Source: Pseudomonas aeruginosa (GTDB lineage Bacteria; Pseudomonadota; Gammaproteobacteria; Pseudomonadales; Pseudomonadaceae). From it: 32,000 bases of DNA. The stretch is from NCBI RefSeq assembly GCF_001457615.1, contig NZ_LN831024.1:3780001-3812000 (forward strand), read 5' to 3'. Shown here in pieces: positions 1 to 11,337 of the stretch. The notes beneath the pieces were generated by a model, which did no database searches, had not been told where the DNA came from, and saw only the letters and a program-made list of their open reading frames with translations. The position numbers were made by a program, and so were the translations under genes. Position 1 is the first letter of the stretch; every line of letters starts with the position of its first letter.

Positions 1-151
1 CGTGCACCTGAGCTTTGACGACCCACTCGCTGCCGCCGATCTTGTCGCAGGCTTCTGCGGCCTCTTCGGGGGTGTCTACGGCAAAGCCCTTGGATACAGG
101 CAGGCCGTATTCAGCGAACAGCTGCTTACCCTGATATTCGTGGAGATTCAT
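1..151 (-). CDS. sucC: Succinyl-CoA synthetase beta subunit, 5' end only (gene runs off the left edge)
   Basis: The minus strand from the ATG at 151 reads [50 protein letters not shown], the canonical SucC N-terminus. It lies downstream of sucAB-lpd as in gamma-proteobacteria. Confidence 0.93.
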   Translation of the reverse strand, partial: MNLHEYQGKQLFAEYGLPVSKGFAVDTPEEAAEACDKIGGSEWVVKAQVH

Positions 152-332
152 GCTTGTCTACCGTTATTCGTCTAGGTATTGCGCATTTCGGCGGAGCGCT
201 CGTGGCGCCCCACCACCTGTGACCGTCGTTTCGCGAACCACCCGGCTCGCGAAAAAACAGTCCGGCGGCATACGCCCGCGGCCACCTCGCAACGGTCGCC
301 GGCGCTCACCCGCCGTGGTTCTTCTGAAAGTC

Positions 333-472
333 TGCCGCCTGCGGCATCCCGACGCAGGCGGCAAACCGTGGATTCTACAGAACCCGGACCCGACAAGGCC
401 AGGAACCTGTCCTGGCCTGACGGACGACGCGTCCCGCGTCGCTGTGACGCCCCTGGCGTGAACCGGGGCGTC
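333..472 (-). other. Cluster of four GC-rich stem-loops in the lpdG-sucC spacer
   Basis: Perfect stems at 333-363 (11 bp), 396-418 (9 bp), 425-441 (7 bp) and 446-472 (8 bp). None has a U tract. Confidence 0.6.
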
Positions 473-479
473 GGATCAC

Positions 480-1919
<1,440 letters not shown>

Positions 1920-1984
1920 TCAATCCTTATTCGGGTGAAACCGGACGGCCCCACGAGGGGGCCGCCGTGAAGAGAAACGCTAAA

Positions 1985-3214
1985 TCAGACGTCCAGCAGC
2001 AGGCGAGCCGGATCTTCCAGCAGGTCCTTGATCGCCACCAGGAAGCTCACCGCTTCCTTGCCGTCGATCAGACGGTGGTCGTAGGACAGCGCCAGGTACA
2101 TCATCGGCAGGATCACCACCTGGCCGTTCACGGCCATCGGGCGCTCCTGGATCTTGTGCATGCCGAGGATGGCGGTCTGCGGCGGGTTGACGATCGGAGT
2201 CGACAGCAGGGAACCGAACACGCCACCGTTGGAGATGGTGAAGGTGCCGCCGGTCATGTCTTCGATGGTCAGCTTGCCTTCCTTCGCCTTCTTGCCGAAG
2301 TTGGCGATGCCGCCCTCGATCTCGGCCAGGCTCATGAACTCGGCGTTACGCAGCACCGGAACCACCAGGCCGCGGTCGCTGGAAACGGCAACGCCGATGT
2401 CCTGGTAGCCGTGGTAGACGATGTCGTTGCCGTCGATGGAAGCGTTGACCCCCGGGAAGCGCTTCAGCGCCTCGGTGGCGGCCTTGACGAAGAAGGACAT
2501 GAAGCCCAGGCGCACGCCGTTGTGCTTCTTCTCGAACAGGTCCTTGTACTTCGAACGCAGGTCCATGATCGGCTTCATGTTGACCTCGTTGAAGGTGGTC
2601 AGCATGGCCATGGCGGACTGCGCCTCGACCAGGCGCTCGGCGACCTTGGCCCGCAGGCGGGTCATCGGCACGCGCTTCTCGACACGGTCGCCGGCGGCGA
2701 AGATCGGCGCCTCGGCAGCCGGGGCGGCAGGCTTGGCCGGGGCGGCCGGGGCGTTCTTCTTCGCTTCGACCGCAGCGACCACGTCTTCCTTGGTCACGCG
2801 ACCGCCCTTGCCGGTGCCGGCGATGCTGTTCGGATCGATGCCGGCTTCCTCGGCCAGCTTGCGCGCGGCCGGGGACAGGATGGCGTCGTCGCCGCCAGCG
2901 GCGGCCGGAGCGGCGGCCTGTGCAGCCGGAGCGGCGGCGGGCGCAGCGGCAGCCGGAGCGGCCGGAGCGGCGGCGCCGCCTTCGTTCAGCTTGCCGAGCA
3001 GCTCGTTGCTCAGAACGGTGTCGCCTTCGTTCTTGATGATCTCGGCCAGCACGCCGTCAGCCTCGGCGAGAACCTCGATGACCACCTTGTCGGTCTCGAT
3101 GTCGACGATCAGTTCGTCGCGCTTGACTGCTTCGCCCGGCTTCTTGTGCCAGGTGGCGACGGTGCCGTCGGCGACCGATTCCGGGAAGGTTGGGGCTTTG
3201 ATTTCGATAGCCAT
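1985..3214 (-). CDS. sucB: Dihydrolipoamide succinyltransferase (E2) of the 2-oxoglutarate dehydrogenase complex
   Basis: 409 aa. It has one N-terminal lipoyl domain (IETDKVV), an Ala/Pro-rich linker, an E3-binding domain and a catalytic domain with the DHRLIDG active-site motif. An AAGGAAA SD is present. Confidence 0.97.
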   Translation of the reverse strand: MAIEIKAPTFPESVADGTVATWHKKPGEAVKRDELIVDIETDKVVIEVLAEADGVLAEIIKNEGDTVLSNELLGKLNEGGAAAPAAPAAAAPAAAPAAQAAAPAAAGGDDAILSPAARKLAEEAGIDPNSIAGTGKGGRVTKEDVVAAVEAKKNAPAAPAKPAAPAAEAPIFAAGDRVEKRVPMTRLRAKVAERLVEAQSAMAMLTTFNEVNMKPIMDLRSKYKDLFEKKHNGVRLGFMSFFVKAATEALKRFPGVNASIDGNDIVYHGYQDIGVAVSSDRGLVVPVLRNAEFMSLAEIEGGIANFGKKAKEGKLTIEDMTGGTFTISNGGVFGSLLSTPIVNPPQTAILGMHKIQERPMAVNGQVVILPMMYLALSYDHRLIDGKEAVSFLVAIKDLLEDPARLLLDV

Positions 3215-3256
3215 TGTGTGCGTTTCCTTAAATTCGGTTTCTTCAGCGCGTAGGCG

Positions 3257-6088
3257 TTAAACAGTAAAGGCGTCTTGCAGCAGTTTTTCCTGCTGCTCGG
3301 CGTGCATCGAGGCGTAGCCGCAAGCCGGAGCAGCGGAGCCTTCGCGGCCGGCGTACTCGAGATTGAGGCCCTTCTTGTGCGCGGCGATGACACGACGCAT
3401 GTGATGCTGGCTGCAGAACCAGGCGCCCTGGTTCATCGGCTCTTCCTGGCACCAGACGATGTGCTTGAGGTTCTTGTACGGAGCCAGAACTTCCGCCAGG
3501 TCGTCTTCCGGGAACGGATACAGCTGCTCGATACGGACGATCGCGGTATCTTCGCGGCCTTCCGCGCGACGCTTCTCCAGCAGGTCGTAGTACACCTTGC
3601 CGCTGCACAGCACGACGCGGTCGACCTTCTTCGGATCCAGGCTGTCGATTTCCGGGATCACGGTCTGGAAGGAACCGTTGGCCAGATCTTCCAGGGTCGA
3701 GATGGCGAGCTTGTGACGCAGCAGGGACTTCGGCGTCATCACCACCAGCGGCTTGCGCAGCGGGCGGATCACCTGACGGCGGAGCATGTGGTAGACCTGA
3801 GCCGGGGTGGTCGGCACGCAGACCTGGATGTTCTGCTCGGCACAGAGCTGCAGGTAGCGCTCCAGGCGCGCGGAGGAGTGCTCCGGGCCCTGCCCCTCAT
3901 AGCCGTGCGGCAGCAGCATGGTCAGGCCGCAGAGTCGGCCCCATTTGCTTTCGCCACTGGTGATGAACTGGTCGATGACCACCTGGGCGCCGTTGGCGAA
4001 GTCGCCGAACTGGGCTTCCCAGATCACCAGCGAGTTCGGCGTGGTGGTGGCGAAACCGTATTCGAACGCCAGCACGGCCTCTTCCGAAAGGAAGGAATCG
4101 TAGATATCCAGGCGCGGCTGGCCGTCGAACAGATTGGCCAGCGGTACGTAGACCGAGTCATCCTTCTGGTTGTGCAGCACCGCGTGACGGTGCGAGAAGG
4201 TGCCACGGCCGACGTCCTGGCCGGTCATCCGTACCGGATGGCCTTCGAACAGCAGGGTCGCGTAGGCCAGGGTCTCGGCGAAGCCCCAGTTGATCGGCAG
4301 GCCACCGGCCGCCATCTTCTGGCGATCTTCGTAGATCTTCGAAACCTGGCGCTGAACCACGAAGCCTTCCGGCACTTCCAGCATCTTGCTGGACAGTTCC
4401 TGCAGGGTCTTCAGGTCGAAGCGGGTGTCGTGACGCGCGGTCCAGGCATGACCCAGGTACGGACGCCAGTCGACGAACAGTTCCTTGTTGGGTTCCTTGA
4501 CCAGGCTCTTCACCACGTGCAGGCCGTTGTCCAGGGCGTCGCGGTAGTCGTCGATCTTCGACTGAACCTGCTCGGCGCTGAGCACGCCGGCATTCACCAG
4601 GGCATCGGCGTACAGCTCGCGGGTAGTACGCTGCTTGGCGATCTGCTGGTACATCAGCGGCTGGGTGCCGCTCGGCTCGTCCGCCTCGTTGTGGCCGCGG
4701 CGACGGTAGCAGACCAGGTCGATGACCACGTCACGCTTGAACTGCATGCGGTAGTCGACGGCCAGCTGGGTGACGAACAGCACGGCTTCGGGATCGTCGC
4801 CGTTGACGTGGAAGATCGGCGCCTGAATCATCTTCGCCACGTCGGTGGCGTACTCGGTGGAACGCGCATCGTCCTGGCGACTGGTGGTGAAACCGACCTG
4901 GTTGTTGATCACCAGGTGGATGGTGCCACCGGTCTTGTAGGCGCGGGTCTGCGACATCTGGAAGGTTTCCATGACCACGCCCTGCCCCGCGAAGGCGGCA
5001 TCGCCGTGGATGGAAATCGGTACCACCTTGTCGCCGGAGCTGTCCTTGCGGCGGTCCTGGCGGGCACGAACGGAACCCTCGACCACCGGGGAAACGATTT
5101 CCAGGTGGGACGGGTTGAACGCCAGCGCCAGGTGGACTTCGCCACCGCTGGTCATCACGTTCGAGGAGAAGCCCTGGTGGTACTTCACGTCACCGGAGCC
5201 CAGCTCGACGATCTTCTTGCCTTCGAACTCGTCGAACAGGTCGCGCGGGTTCTTGCCCAGGGTGTTGACCAGGACGTTCAGGCGACCGCGGTGAGCCATG
5301 CCGATGACGATTTCCTTGGCGCCGTAGGAACCGCAGCGCTGGATGATCTCGTCGACCATCGGGATCAGGCTTTCGCCGCCTTCCAGGCCGAAACGCTTGG
5401 TGCCCGGGTACTTGGTGCCCAGGTACTTCTCCAGGCCTTCGGCCGCGGTCAGGCGCTCGAGCAGGTGCGCACGCGCCTCGGCGGAGAAGCCGGGACGACC
5501 ACGCACGCTTTCCAGACGCTGGAGGAACCACTTGCGCTGCTCGGAATCGACGATGTGCATGAACTCGGCGCCGAAGGTACCGCAGTAGGTGCTCTTCAGG
5601 CTGTCGACGATTTCACGCAGGGTCGCCTCTTCCTTGCCGATGTAAAGCTCACCGGTGCGGAAAGTGGTGTCCAGGTCGGCACCCGTCAGACCGTAGTGGT
5701 CGATCGACAGGTCGGCAGGCGCGGGACGCTGCCACAGGCCGAGCGGGTCGAGGGTGGAAGCCTGGTGGCCGCGGAGACGGTAAGCGTGAATGAGACGAAG
5801 GACTTCGACCTGCTTCTTCTCGTGCTCGCTGCTCACGCTACCGGCGGAAACCGGCTGGGCACGGCGCTGGTTCTTGGCCAGCAGGACGAAATGATCGCGC
5901 ACTGTGGAGTGCGAGACGTCGGGGGCGGGATTGCCATCGGCGGGAAGCTTCTGGAAATACGTGCGCCACTCTTCTGGCACAGCGTTAGGGTCGTGCAGGT
6001 AGAGCTCGTAGAGCTCTTCGACGTAGGCAGCGTTACCACCGGATAGATGGGCACTGTTCCACATCCGCTGCATTACGCTTTCGTGCAT
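3257..6088 (-). CDS. sucA: 2-oxoglutarate dehydrogenase E1 component
   Basis: 943 aa, with the typical SucA N-terminus (SAHLSGGNAAYVEELYELY) and ThDP-binding regions. A GAGGGTG SD is present, and the gene sits between sdhB and sucB. Confidence 0.97.
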   Translation of the reverse strand: MHESVMQRMWNSAHLSGGNAAYVEELYELYLHDPNAVPEEWRTYFQKLPADGNPAPDVSHSTVRDHFVLLAKNQRRAQPVSAGSVSSEHEKKQVEVLRLIHAYRLRGHQASTLDPLGLWQRPAPADLSIDHYGLTGADLDTTFRTGELYIGKEEATLREIVDSLKSTYCGTFGAEFMHIVDSEQRKWFLQRLESVRGRPGFSAEARAHLLERLTAAEGLEKYLGTKYPGTKRFGLEGGESLIPMVDEIIQRCGSYGAKEIVIGMAHRGRLNVLVNTLGKNPRDLFDEFEGKKIVELGSGDVKYHQGFSSNVMTSGGEVHLALAFNPSHLEIVSPVVEGSVRARQDRRKDSSGDKVVPISIHGDAAFAGQGVVMETFQMSQTRAYKTGGTIHLVINNQVGFTTSRQDDARSTEYATDVAKMIQAPIFHVNGDDPEAVLFVTQLAVDYRMQFKRDVVIDLVCYRRRGHNEADEPSGTQPLMYQQIAKQRTTRELYADALVNAGVLSAEQVQSKIDDYRDALDNGLHVVKSLVKEPNKELFVDWRPYLGHAWTARHDTRFDLKTLQELSSKMLEVPEGFVVQRQVSKIYEDRQKMAAGGLPINWGFAETLAYATLLFEGHPVRMTGQDVGRGTFSHRHAVLHNQKDDSVYVPLANLFDGQPRLDIYDSFLSEEAVLAFEYGFATTTPNSLVIWEAQFGDFANGAQVVIDQFITSGESKWGRLCGLTMLLPHGYEGQGPEHSSARLERYLQLCAEQNIQVCVPTTPAQVYHMLRRQVIRPLRKPLVVMTPKSLLRHKLAISTLEDLANGSFQTVIPEIDSLDPKKVDRVVLCSGKVYYDLLEKRRAEGREDTAIVRIEQLYPFPEDDLAEVLAPYKNLKHIVWCQEEPMNQGAWFCSQHHMRRVIAAHKKGLNLEYAGREGSAAPACGYASMHAEQQEKLLQDAFTV

Positions 6089-6344
6089 GCTAGGTCACCC
6101 TCGGTAAGGGGACAACCACCTGGCGAAACCTTGAAGGCTCCGAAGTCCTCAGGCAGCGACATCGGTATGGCCACTACAGATCCCGCAGATAGTCCGGGTA
6201 CCAGCCCGGATGCCCCTGCTGGTCATATTTTTCAAATCTGGGCCATGGCTTTGTGAGCTTGGCCCGCTTAGTTGCTGCGACGCCGGAAGAACTCCGGCGC
6301 CACAGGTGTTGCTAGGTACAACTCATATAACAACTGCGAGAGGA

Positions 6345-7052
6345 TCAGGTTCCGCTCTGCAGCAGCATATTACGCACGTGGCCGATCGCCTTGGTCGGGT
6401 TCAGACCCTTCGGGCAAACGTTCACGCAGTTCATGATTCCGCGGCAGCGGAACACACTGAACGGGTCGTCCAGCGAAGCCAGGCGCTCTTCGGTCTTGGT
6501 GTCACGGCTGTCGGCCAGGAAACGATAGGCTTGCAGCAGTGCGGCCGGACCGAGGAACTTGTCGGGGTTCCACCAGAAGGACGGGCAGGAGGTCGAGCAG
6601 CAGGCGCACAGGATGCACTCGTACAGACCGTCCAGCTTCTCGCGCTCTTCCGGGGTCTGCAGACGCTCGATGGCCGGGGCCGGCGTATCGTTCTGCAGGA
6701 ACGGCTTCACCTTCTCGTATTGCTTGTAGAAGATGCTCATGTCCACGACCAAGTCACGAATGACCGGCAGGCCGGGCAGCGGACGGATCACCAGCTTGCC
6801 GCCCTTCAGGCCGGCGGCCGACAGCGGGGTGATGCAGGCCAGGCCGTTCTTGCCGTTGATGTTCATGCCATCGGAGCCGCAGACGCCTTCACGGCAGGAA
6901 CGACGGTAGGAGAAGCCCTCGTCCTGTTCCTTGATCAGCGCCAGCACGTCGAGGACCATCACGTCCTTGCCGTTGGTGTCGACCTGGAAATCCTGCATGT
7001 ACGGCGCAGCATCTTTGTCGGGGTTGTAACGATAAACACTCACTTGCAACAT
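6345..7052 (-). CDS. sdhB: Succinate dehydrogenase iron-sulfur subunit
   Basis: It has three Fe-S cysteine clusters (CREGVCGSDGMNINGK, CILCACCSTSCPS, CRGIMNCVNVCPKG). I chose the ATG at 7052 (MLQVSVYRYNP, 235 aa) over the GTG at 7061 because an AAGGG SD lies about 8 nt upstream. Confidence 0.95.
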   Translation of the reverse strand: MLQVSVYRYNPDKDAAPYMQDFQVDTNGKDVMVLDVLALIKEQDEGFSYRRSCREGVCGSDGMNINGKNGLACITPLSAAGLKGGKLVIRPLPGLPVIRDLVVDMSIFYKQYEKVKPFLQNDTPAPAIERLQTPEEREKLDGLYECILCACCSTSCPSFWWNPDKFLGPAALLQAYRFLADSRDTKTEERLASLDDPFSVFRCRGIMNCVNVCPKGLNPTKAIGHVRNMLLQSGT

Positions 7053-7063
7053 GGCGGGCACCC

Positions 7064-8836
7064 TTAGTAAGTCCGAACCTTGGGTTCGAATGCCGGAACG
7101 GTCTTCGGCGCGAAGTTGACGGAACGCTTGGATACGCGCTTCTCACCCGGGAAGTACAGGGTGTGGCACAGCCAGTTCTCGTCGTCGCGCTCCTCGAAGT
7201 CTTCACGGGCGTGGGCGCCACGGGACTCCTTGCGGTGCTCGGCCGCGATCGCGGTGGCCTCGGCCACCTCGAGGAGGTTTTGCAGTTCCAGCGCTTCGAT
7301 GCGCGCGGTGTTGAATGCCTGGCTCTTGTCGTTGATCTTGACGTTGGCGATACGCTCGCGCAGGTCGGCCAGCTGGGCGATGCCCTTCTGCATGTACTCG
7401 CCGGTGCGGAACACACCGAAGTAGTTCTGCATGCAGCTTTGCAGCTCGCGCTTGAGCGGAGCGACTTCTTCGCCGCTGGTGCGCTCGTTCACGCCGTTCA
7501 GGCGCTTGAAGGAGGCTTCCAGGTCGCTCTCGGAAGCGCCGCGGGCGTCGATGCCCTCTTTCAGCGCTTTTTCCAGGTGCAGACCGGCGGCACGGCCGAA
7601 TACCACCAGGTCGAGCAGCGAGTTGCCGCCCAGGCGGTTGGCGCCGTGTACCGATACGCAGGCCACTTCGCCTACGGCGAACAGGCCTTCGACGATCTGG
7701 TCGTTGCCGTTGGCGTCCTGGGTGATGGCCTGGCCATGGATGTTGGTGGCAACGCCACCCATCATGTAGTGGCAGGTCGGGATCACCGGGATCGGCGCAA
7801 CGACCGGGTCGACGTGGGCGAAGGTCTTGGACAGTTCGCAGATGCCGGGCAGGCGGCTGTGCAGGACTTCCTCGCCGAGGTGGTCGAGCTTCAGCAGCAC
7901 GTGGTCCTTGTTCGGGCCCACGCCGTTGCCGGCCAGGACTTCCTTGACCATGGAACGGGCGACCACGTCGCGGCCGGCCAGGTCCTTCGCGTTCGGCGCA
8001 TAACGCTCCATGAAGCGCTCGCCGTGGGCGTTGATCAGGTAACCGCCTTCGCCGCGGCAACCTTCGGTGACCAGTACACCGGCGCCGGCGATGCCGGTCG
8101 GGTGGAACTGCCACATCTCGATGTCCTGCACCGGCACGCCGGCACGCAGGGCCATGCCCACGCCGTCACCGGTGTTGATCAGCGCGTTGGTGGTGGAGGC
8201 GTAGATACGGCCGGCACCGCCAGTGGCCAGGACCACGGCCTTGGAACGGATGTAGACGGTCTCGCCGGTCTCGATGCAGATGGCGATGATGCCGACCACC
8301 GCGCCGTCCTGGTTCTTCACCAGGTCGACCGCGTACCACTCGTTGAGGAACGAGGTGCCATTCTTCAGGTTGGCCTGGTACAGGGTGTGCAGCAGCGCGT
8401 GGCCGGTACGGTCGGCGGCGGCGCAGGTACGGGCGGCCTGGCCACCCTTGCCGAAGTCCTTGGACTGGCCGCCGAACGGACGCTGGTAGATGCGGCCGGT
8501 TTCGGTACGGGAGAACGGCAGGCCCATGTGCTCGAGCTCGAACACGGCCTCGGGGCCGACGGAACACATGTATTCGATCGCGTCCTGGTCACCGATGTAG
8601 TCGGAGCCCTTGACGGTGTCGTACATGTGCCAACGCCAATCGTCGTTCGGGTCGGCCGAAGCGATCGCGCAGGTGATGCCACCCTGTGCGGATACGGTGT
8701 GGGAACGGGTCGGGAAGACCTTGGTCACCACGGCGGTCTTGTGGCCGCCCTGGGCCAGTTGCAGCGCGGCACGCATGCCGGCGCCACCGCCACCGACGAT
8801 GATGGCGTCAAAGGAAAGTGTACGAATGCTAGCCAT
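7064..8836 (-). CDS. sdhA: Succinate dehydrogenase flavoprotein subunit
   Basis: 590 aa. It has an N-terminal FAD fold ([14 protein letters not shown]), the covalent-FAD His region ([10 protein letters not shown]) and [19 protein letters not shown]. Confidence 0.97.
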   Translation of the reverse strand: MASIRTLSFDAIIVGGGGAGMRAALQLAQGGHKTAVVTKVFPTRSHTVSAQGGITCAIASADPNDDWRWHMYDTVKGSDYIGDQDAIEYMCSVGPEAVFELEHMGLPFSRTETGRIYQRPFGGQSKDFGKGGQAARTCAAADRTGHALLHTLYQANLKNGTSFLNEWYAVDLVKNQDGAVVGIIAICIETGETVYIRSKAVVLATGGAGRIYASTTNALINTGDGVGMALRAGVPVQDIEMWQFHPTGIAGAGVLVTEGCRGEGGYLINAHGERFMERYAPNAKDLAGRDVVARSMVKEVLAGNGVGPNKDHVLLKLDHLGEEVLHSRLPGICELSKTFAHVDPVVAPIPVIPTCHYMMGGVATNIHGQAITQDANGNDQIVEGLFAVGEVACVSVHGANRLGGNSLLDLVVFGRAAGLHLEKALKEGIDARGASESDLEASFKRLNGVNERTSGEEVAPLKRELQSCMQNYFGVFRTGEYMQKGIAQLADLRERIANVKINDKSQAFNTARIEALELQNLLEVAEATAIAAEHRKESRGAHAREDFEERDDENWLCHTLYFPGEKRVSKRSVNFAPKTVPAFEPKVRTY

Positions 8837-8839
8837 GGA

Positions 8840-9208
8840 TCACATACCCCAAAGAATCTGCACACCCCAGACGAAGAATGCGAACATCGCCATGCCGCAA
8901 ACCGCCTGGAAGAGGAAACGCACGACTGTCGCCGCCTTGCCGAGAGCCATCGAAGTCAGGTAGTCGGTGGAGATGGTCCACATACCGACCCACGCATGGA
9001 CGCTCAGGGCAACCAGGGTCAACAGGCTGAAGATGCGCATCCAACCCTGCGAGAACAGGCCGTGCCAGTCCGCGTAGGAAATGTTGGGGTGAGCAATGAG
9101 GTAGCCCAGCAGGAAAATGACATAAGCCGCGAGAACGACCGCGGAAACGCGCTGGGCCATCCAGTCGTAGAGGCCGGAGCGCGAGAAGTTTGTGACGTTA
9201 GTTACCAT
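8840..9208 (-). CDS. sdhD: Succinate dehydrogenase membrane anchor subunit
   Basis: A small three-TM protein (MVTNVTNFSRSGLYDW...). Its start overlaps the sdhC stop (ATGGGTATGGTAA). The ATG at 9214 is an alternative start that would add 2 aa. Confidence 0.9.
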   Translation of the reverse strand: MVTNVTNFSRSGLYDWMAQRVSAVVLAAYVIFLLGYLIAHPNISYADWHGLFSQGWMRIFSLLTLVALSVHAWVGMWTISTDYLTSMALGKAATVVRFLFQAVCGMAMFAFFVWGVQILWGM

Positions 9209-9588
9209 ACCCATACCCCCGCCAGAACGATCAGCACCACCGCGATGGCGATGACGATTTTGGAGCCACGCTTACCGCCTTCCAGCGTCTCGCCGACGCC
9301 AGCGTCCATGACCAGGTGGCGAACACCGGCCACCAGGTGGTACAGCAGCGCAGACAGCAGGCCCCAGATCACCAGCTTGGCCAGGGGACTGGTCAGGCAC
9401 GCCTTCACCTGCTCGAAGCCTTCTTCCGAACTCAGCGACTTGTCGAGCGCGAACAGCAGCACGGCAATACCGAGGAACAGGATGACGCCAGAGATACGGT
9501 GGAGAATGGACGTGTAAGCGGTGACAGGGAGTTTGATGGTCCTTAGGTCTAGGTTTACAGGTCGTTTGCTATTCACGGCTTTTTTCAC
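9202..9588 (-). CDS. sdhC: Succinate dehydrogenase cytochrome b556 subunit
   Basis: 128 aa from a GTG start. KRPVNLDL..I.LP.TA..SILHR.SGV aligns with E. coli SdhC. It is the first gene of sdhCDAB. Confidence 0.92.
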   Translation of the reverse strand: MKKAVNSKRPVNLDLRTIKLPVTAYTSILHRISGVILFLGIAVLLFALDKSLSSEEGFEQVKACLTSPLAKLVIWGLLSALLYHLVAGVRHLVMDAGVGETLEGGKRGSKIVIAIAVVLIVLAGVWVW

Positions 9589-9708
9589 ACTGAGAGCCCT
9601 AACGAACAGGGCTAGTTGTCGGGAAGTGCACTTGTCAGGTACCCATCACCAGGGAGTGGCGACCGTCTATGAAAGCGGGCCAGGAATACCCCTTGCGGTC
9701 GGACGCCG

Positions 9709-9737
9709 AGTATAGACAGTTAGGCTACTAATGACAA
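9709..9737 (-). promoter_or_regulatory. Candidate sigma70 promoter of sdhCDAB
   Basis: The minus strand reads TTGTCA-N17-TATACT (plus coordinates 9737-9732 and 9714-9709). This predicts a leader of about 110 nt before the sdhC GTG. Confidence 0.55.
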
Positions 9738-9770
9738 CGAAAACACCCATCGCCAAATGGTTGATTGCGG

Positions 9771-9786
9771 GCCTTTTATAAAAGGC
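9771..9786. promoter_or_regulatory. Perfect 16-bp palindrome GCCTTTTATAAAAGGC between the divergent sdhC and gltA promoters
   Basis: Read directly. The sequence is self-complementary over all 16 nt and sits in the AT-rich core of the divergent control region. The binding factor is unknown. Confidence 0.5.
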
Positions 9787-9852
9787 GTAAATAGCCCCCT
9801 TTTTCTGCGAAAACCCCGCCACGGAAGGCTCTACGGCATGGATTCGCGCAAA

Positions 9853-9880
9853 TTGACTTTCGAATTTATCCCTCTATAGT
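9853..9880 (+). promoter_or_regulatory. Candidate sigma70 promoter of gltA
   Basis: TTGACT (9853-9858), a 16-nt spacer, then TATAGT (9875-9880), about 50 nt upstream of the gltA ATG. Confidence 0.6.
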
Positions 9881-9936
9881 GGTGCGGGCCCTGCGTGGGG
9901 GGTACTGATGATTTCAAGCATAAATAGGAGGCCATC

Positions 9937-11223
9937 ATGGCTGACAAAAAAGCGCAGTTGATCATCGAGGGCTCAGCCCCCGTCGAACTGCCCGTCCTAT
10001 CCGGTACCATGGGTCCCGATGTAGTGGATGTACGGGGCCTCACCGCCACGGGCCACTTCACCTTCGATCCTGGCTTCATGTCGACCGCCTCCTGCGAGTC
10101 GAAGATCACCTATATCGACGGCGACAAAGGCGTCCTCCTCCATCGCGGCTACCCCATCGAGCAACTGGCAGAGAAATCCGACTACCTGGAAACCTGCTAC
10201 CTGCTGCTGAACGGCGAGCTGCCCACCGCCGCGCAGAAGGAACAGTTCGTCGGCACCATCAAGAACCACACCATGGTTCACGAGCAGTTGAAGACCTTCT
10301 TCAACGGCTTCCGCCGCGACGCCCACCCGATGGCCGTGATGTGCGGCGTGATCGGCGCCCTCTCGGCCTTCTACCACGACTCCCTGGACATCAATAACCC
10401 GAAGCATCGCGAAGTCTCCGCGCATCGCCTGATCGCCAAGATGCCGACCATCGCCGCCATGGTGTACAAGTACTCCAAGGGCGAGCCGATGATGTATCCG
10501 CGTAACGACCTGAACTACGCGGAAAACTTCCTGCACATGATGTTCAACACCCCCTGCGAGACCAAGCCGATCAGCCCCGTGCTGGCCAAGGCCATGGACC
10601 GCATCTTCATTCTCCACGCCGACCACGAGCAGAACGCCTCCACCTCCACGGTGCGTCTGGCCGGCTCCTCCGGCGCCAATCCGTTCGCCTGCATCGCCTC
10701 CGGCATCGCCGCCCTGTGGGGACCGGCCCATGGCGGCGCGAACGAAGCGGTGCTGCGCATGCTCGACGAGATCGGCGACGTGTCCAACATCGACAAGTTC
10801 GTCGAGAAGGCCAAGGACAAGAACGATCCGTTCAAGCTGATGGGCTTCGGCCATCGTGTCTACAAGAACTTCGACCCGCGCGCCAAGGTCATGAAGCAGA
10901 CCTGCGACGAGGTCCTCCAGGAGCTGGGCATCAACGACCCGCAACTGGAACTGGCGATGAAGCTGGAAGAAATCGCCCGCCACGACCCCTACTTCGTGGA
11001 ACGCAACCTGTACCCGAACGTCGACTTCTACTCGGGGATCATCCTCAAGGCGATCGGCATTCCGACCAGCATGTTCACCGTGATCTTCGCCCTGGCGCGT
11101 ACCGTCGGCTGGATCTCGCACTGGCAGGAAATGCTCTCCGGCCCCTACAAGATCGGCCGCCCGCGCCAGCTCTATACCGGCCACACCCAGCGCGACTTCA
11201 CCGCCCTCAAGGATCGCGGCTGA
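9937..11223 (+). CDS. gltA: Type II (hexameric) citrate synthase
   Basis: 428 aa with citrate synthase signatures ([26 protein letters not shown]). A strong AGGAGG SD is present, and the gene is divergent from sdhC as in other gamma-proteobacteria. Confidence 0.97.
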   Translation: MADKKAQLIIEGSAPVELPVLSGTMGPDVVDVRGLTATGHFTFDPGFMSTASCESKITYIDGDKGVLLHRGYPIEQLAEKSDYLETCYLLLNGELPTAAQKEQFVGTIKNHTMVHEQLKTFFNGFRRDAHPMAVMCGVIGALSAFYHDSLDINNPKHREVSAHRLIAKMPTIAAMVYKYSKGEPMMYPRNDLNYAENFLHMMFNTPCETKPISPVLAKAMDRIFILHADHEQNASTSTVRLAGSSGANPFACIASGIAALWGPAHGGANEAVLRMLDEIGDVSNIDKFVEKAKDKNDPFKLMGFGHRVYKNFDPRAKVMKQTCDEVLQELGINDPQLELAMKLEEIARHDPYFVERNLYPNVDFYSGIILKAIGIPTSMFTVIFALARTVGWISHWQEMLSGPYKIGRPRQLYTGHTQRDFTALKDRG

Positions 11224-11243
11224 AACCCGTCACGTCCGGCGAG

Positions 11244-11268
11244 AAAGGCTGCTTCGGCAGCCTTTTTT
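11244..11268 (+). terminator. Rho-independent terminator of gltA
   Basis: AAAGGCTGC-TTCG-GCAGCCTTT stem with a TTCG loop, running into a T tract of 6, 20 nt after the stop. Confidence 0.8.
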
Positions 11269-11292
11269 GTGCCCGCCCCTTTCCGCCGGACA

Positions 11293-11322
11293 CAAAAAAA
11301 CCGCCCCGGAGGCGGTCTTTTT
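11293..11322 (-). terminator. Rho-independent terminator of the START-domain gene (bidirectional architecture)
   Basis: ACCGCC-CCGGA-GGCGGT stem flanked by A7 on the plus strand (a U7 tract on the minus-strand transcript) and by CTTTTT on the other side. Confidence 0.75.
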
Positions 11323-11337
11323 GCAGGGAAGGCGCGC

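Noticed and set aside
2870-2990. Repetitive GCGGC/GCCGGAGC DNA inside sucB
   Set aside because: It encodes the Ala/Pro-rich flexible linker ([26 protein letters not shown]) typical of E2 lipoyl-domain linkers. It is not a CRISPR array or a non-coding VNTR.
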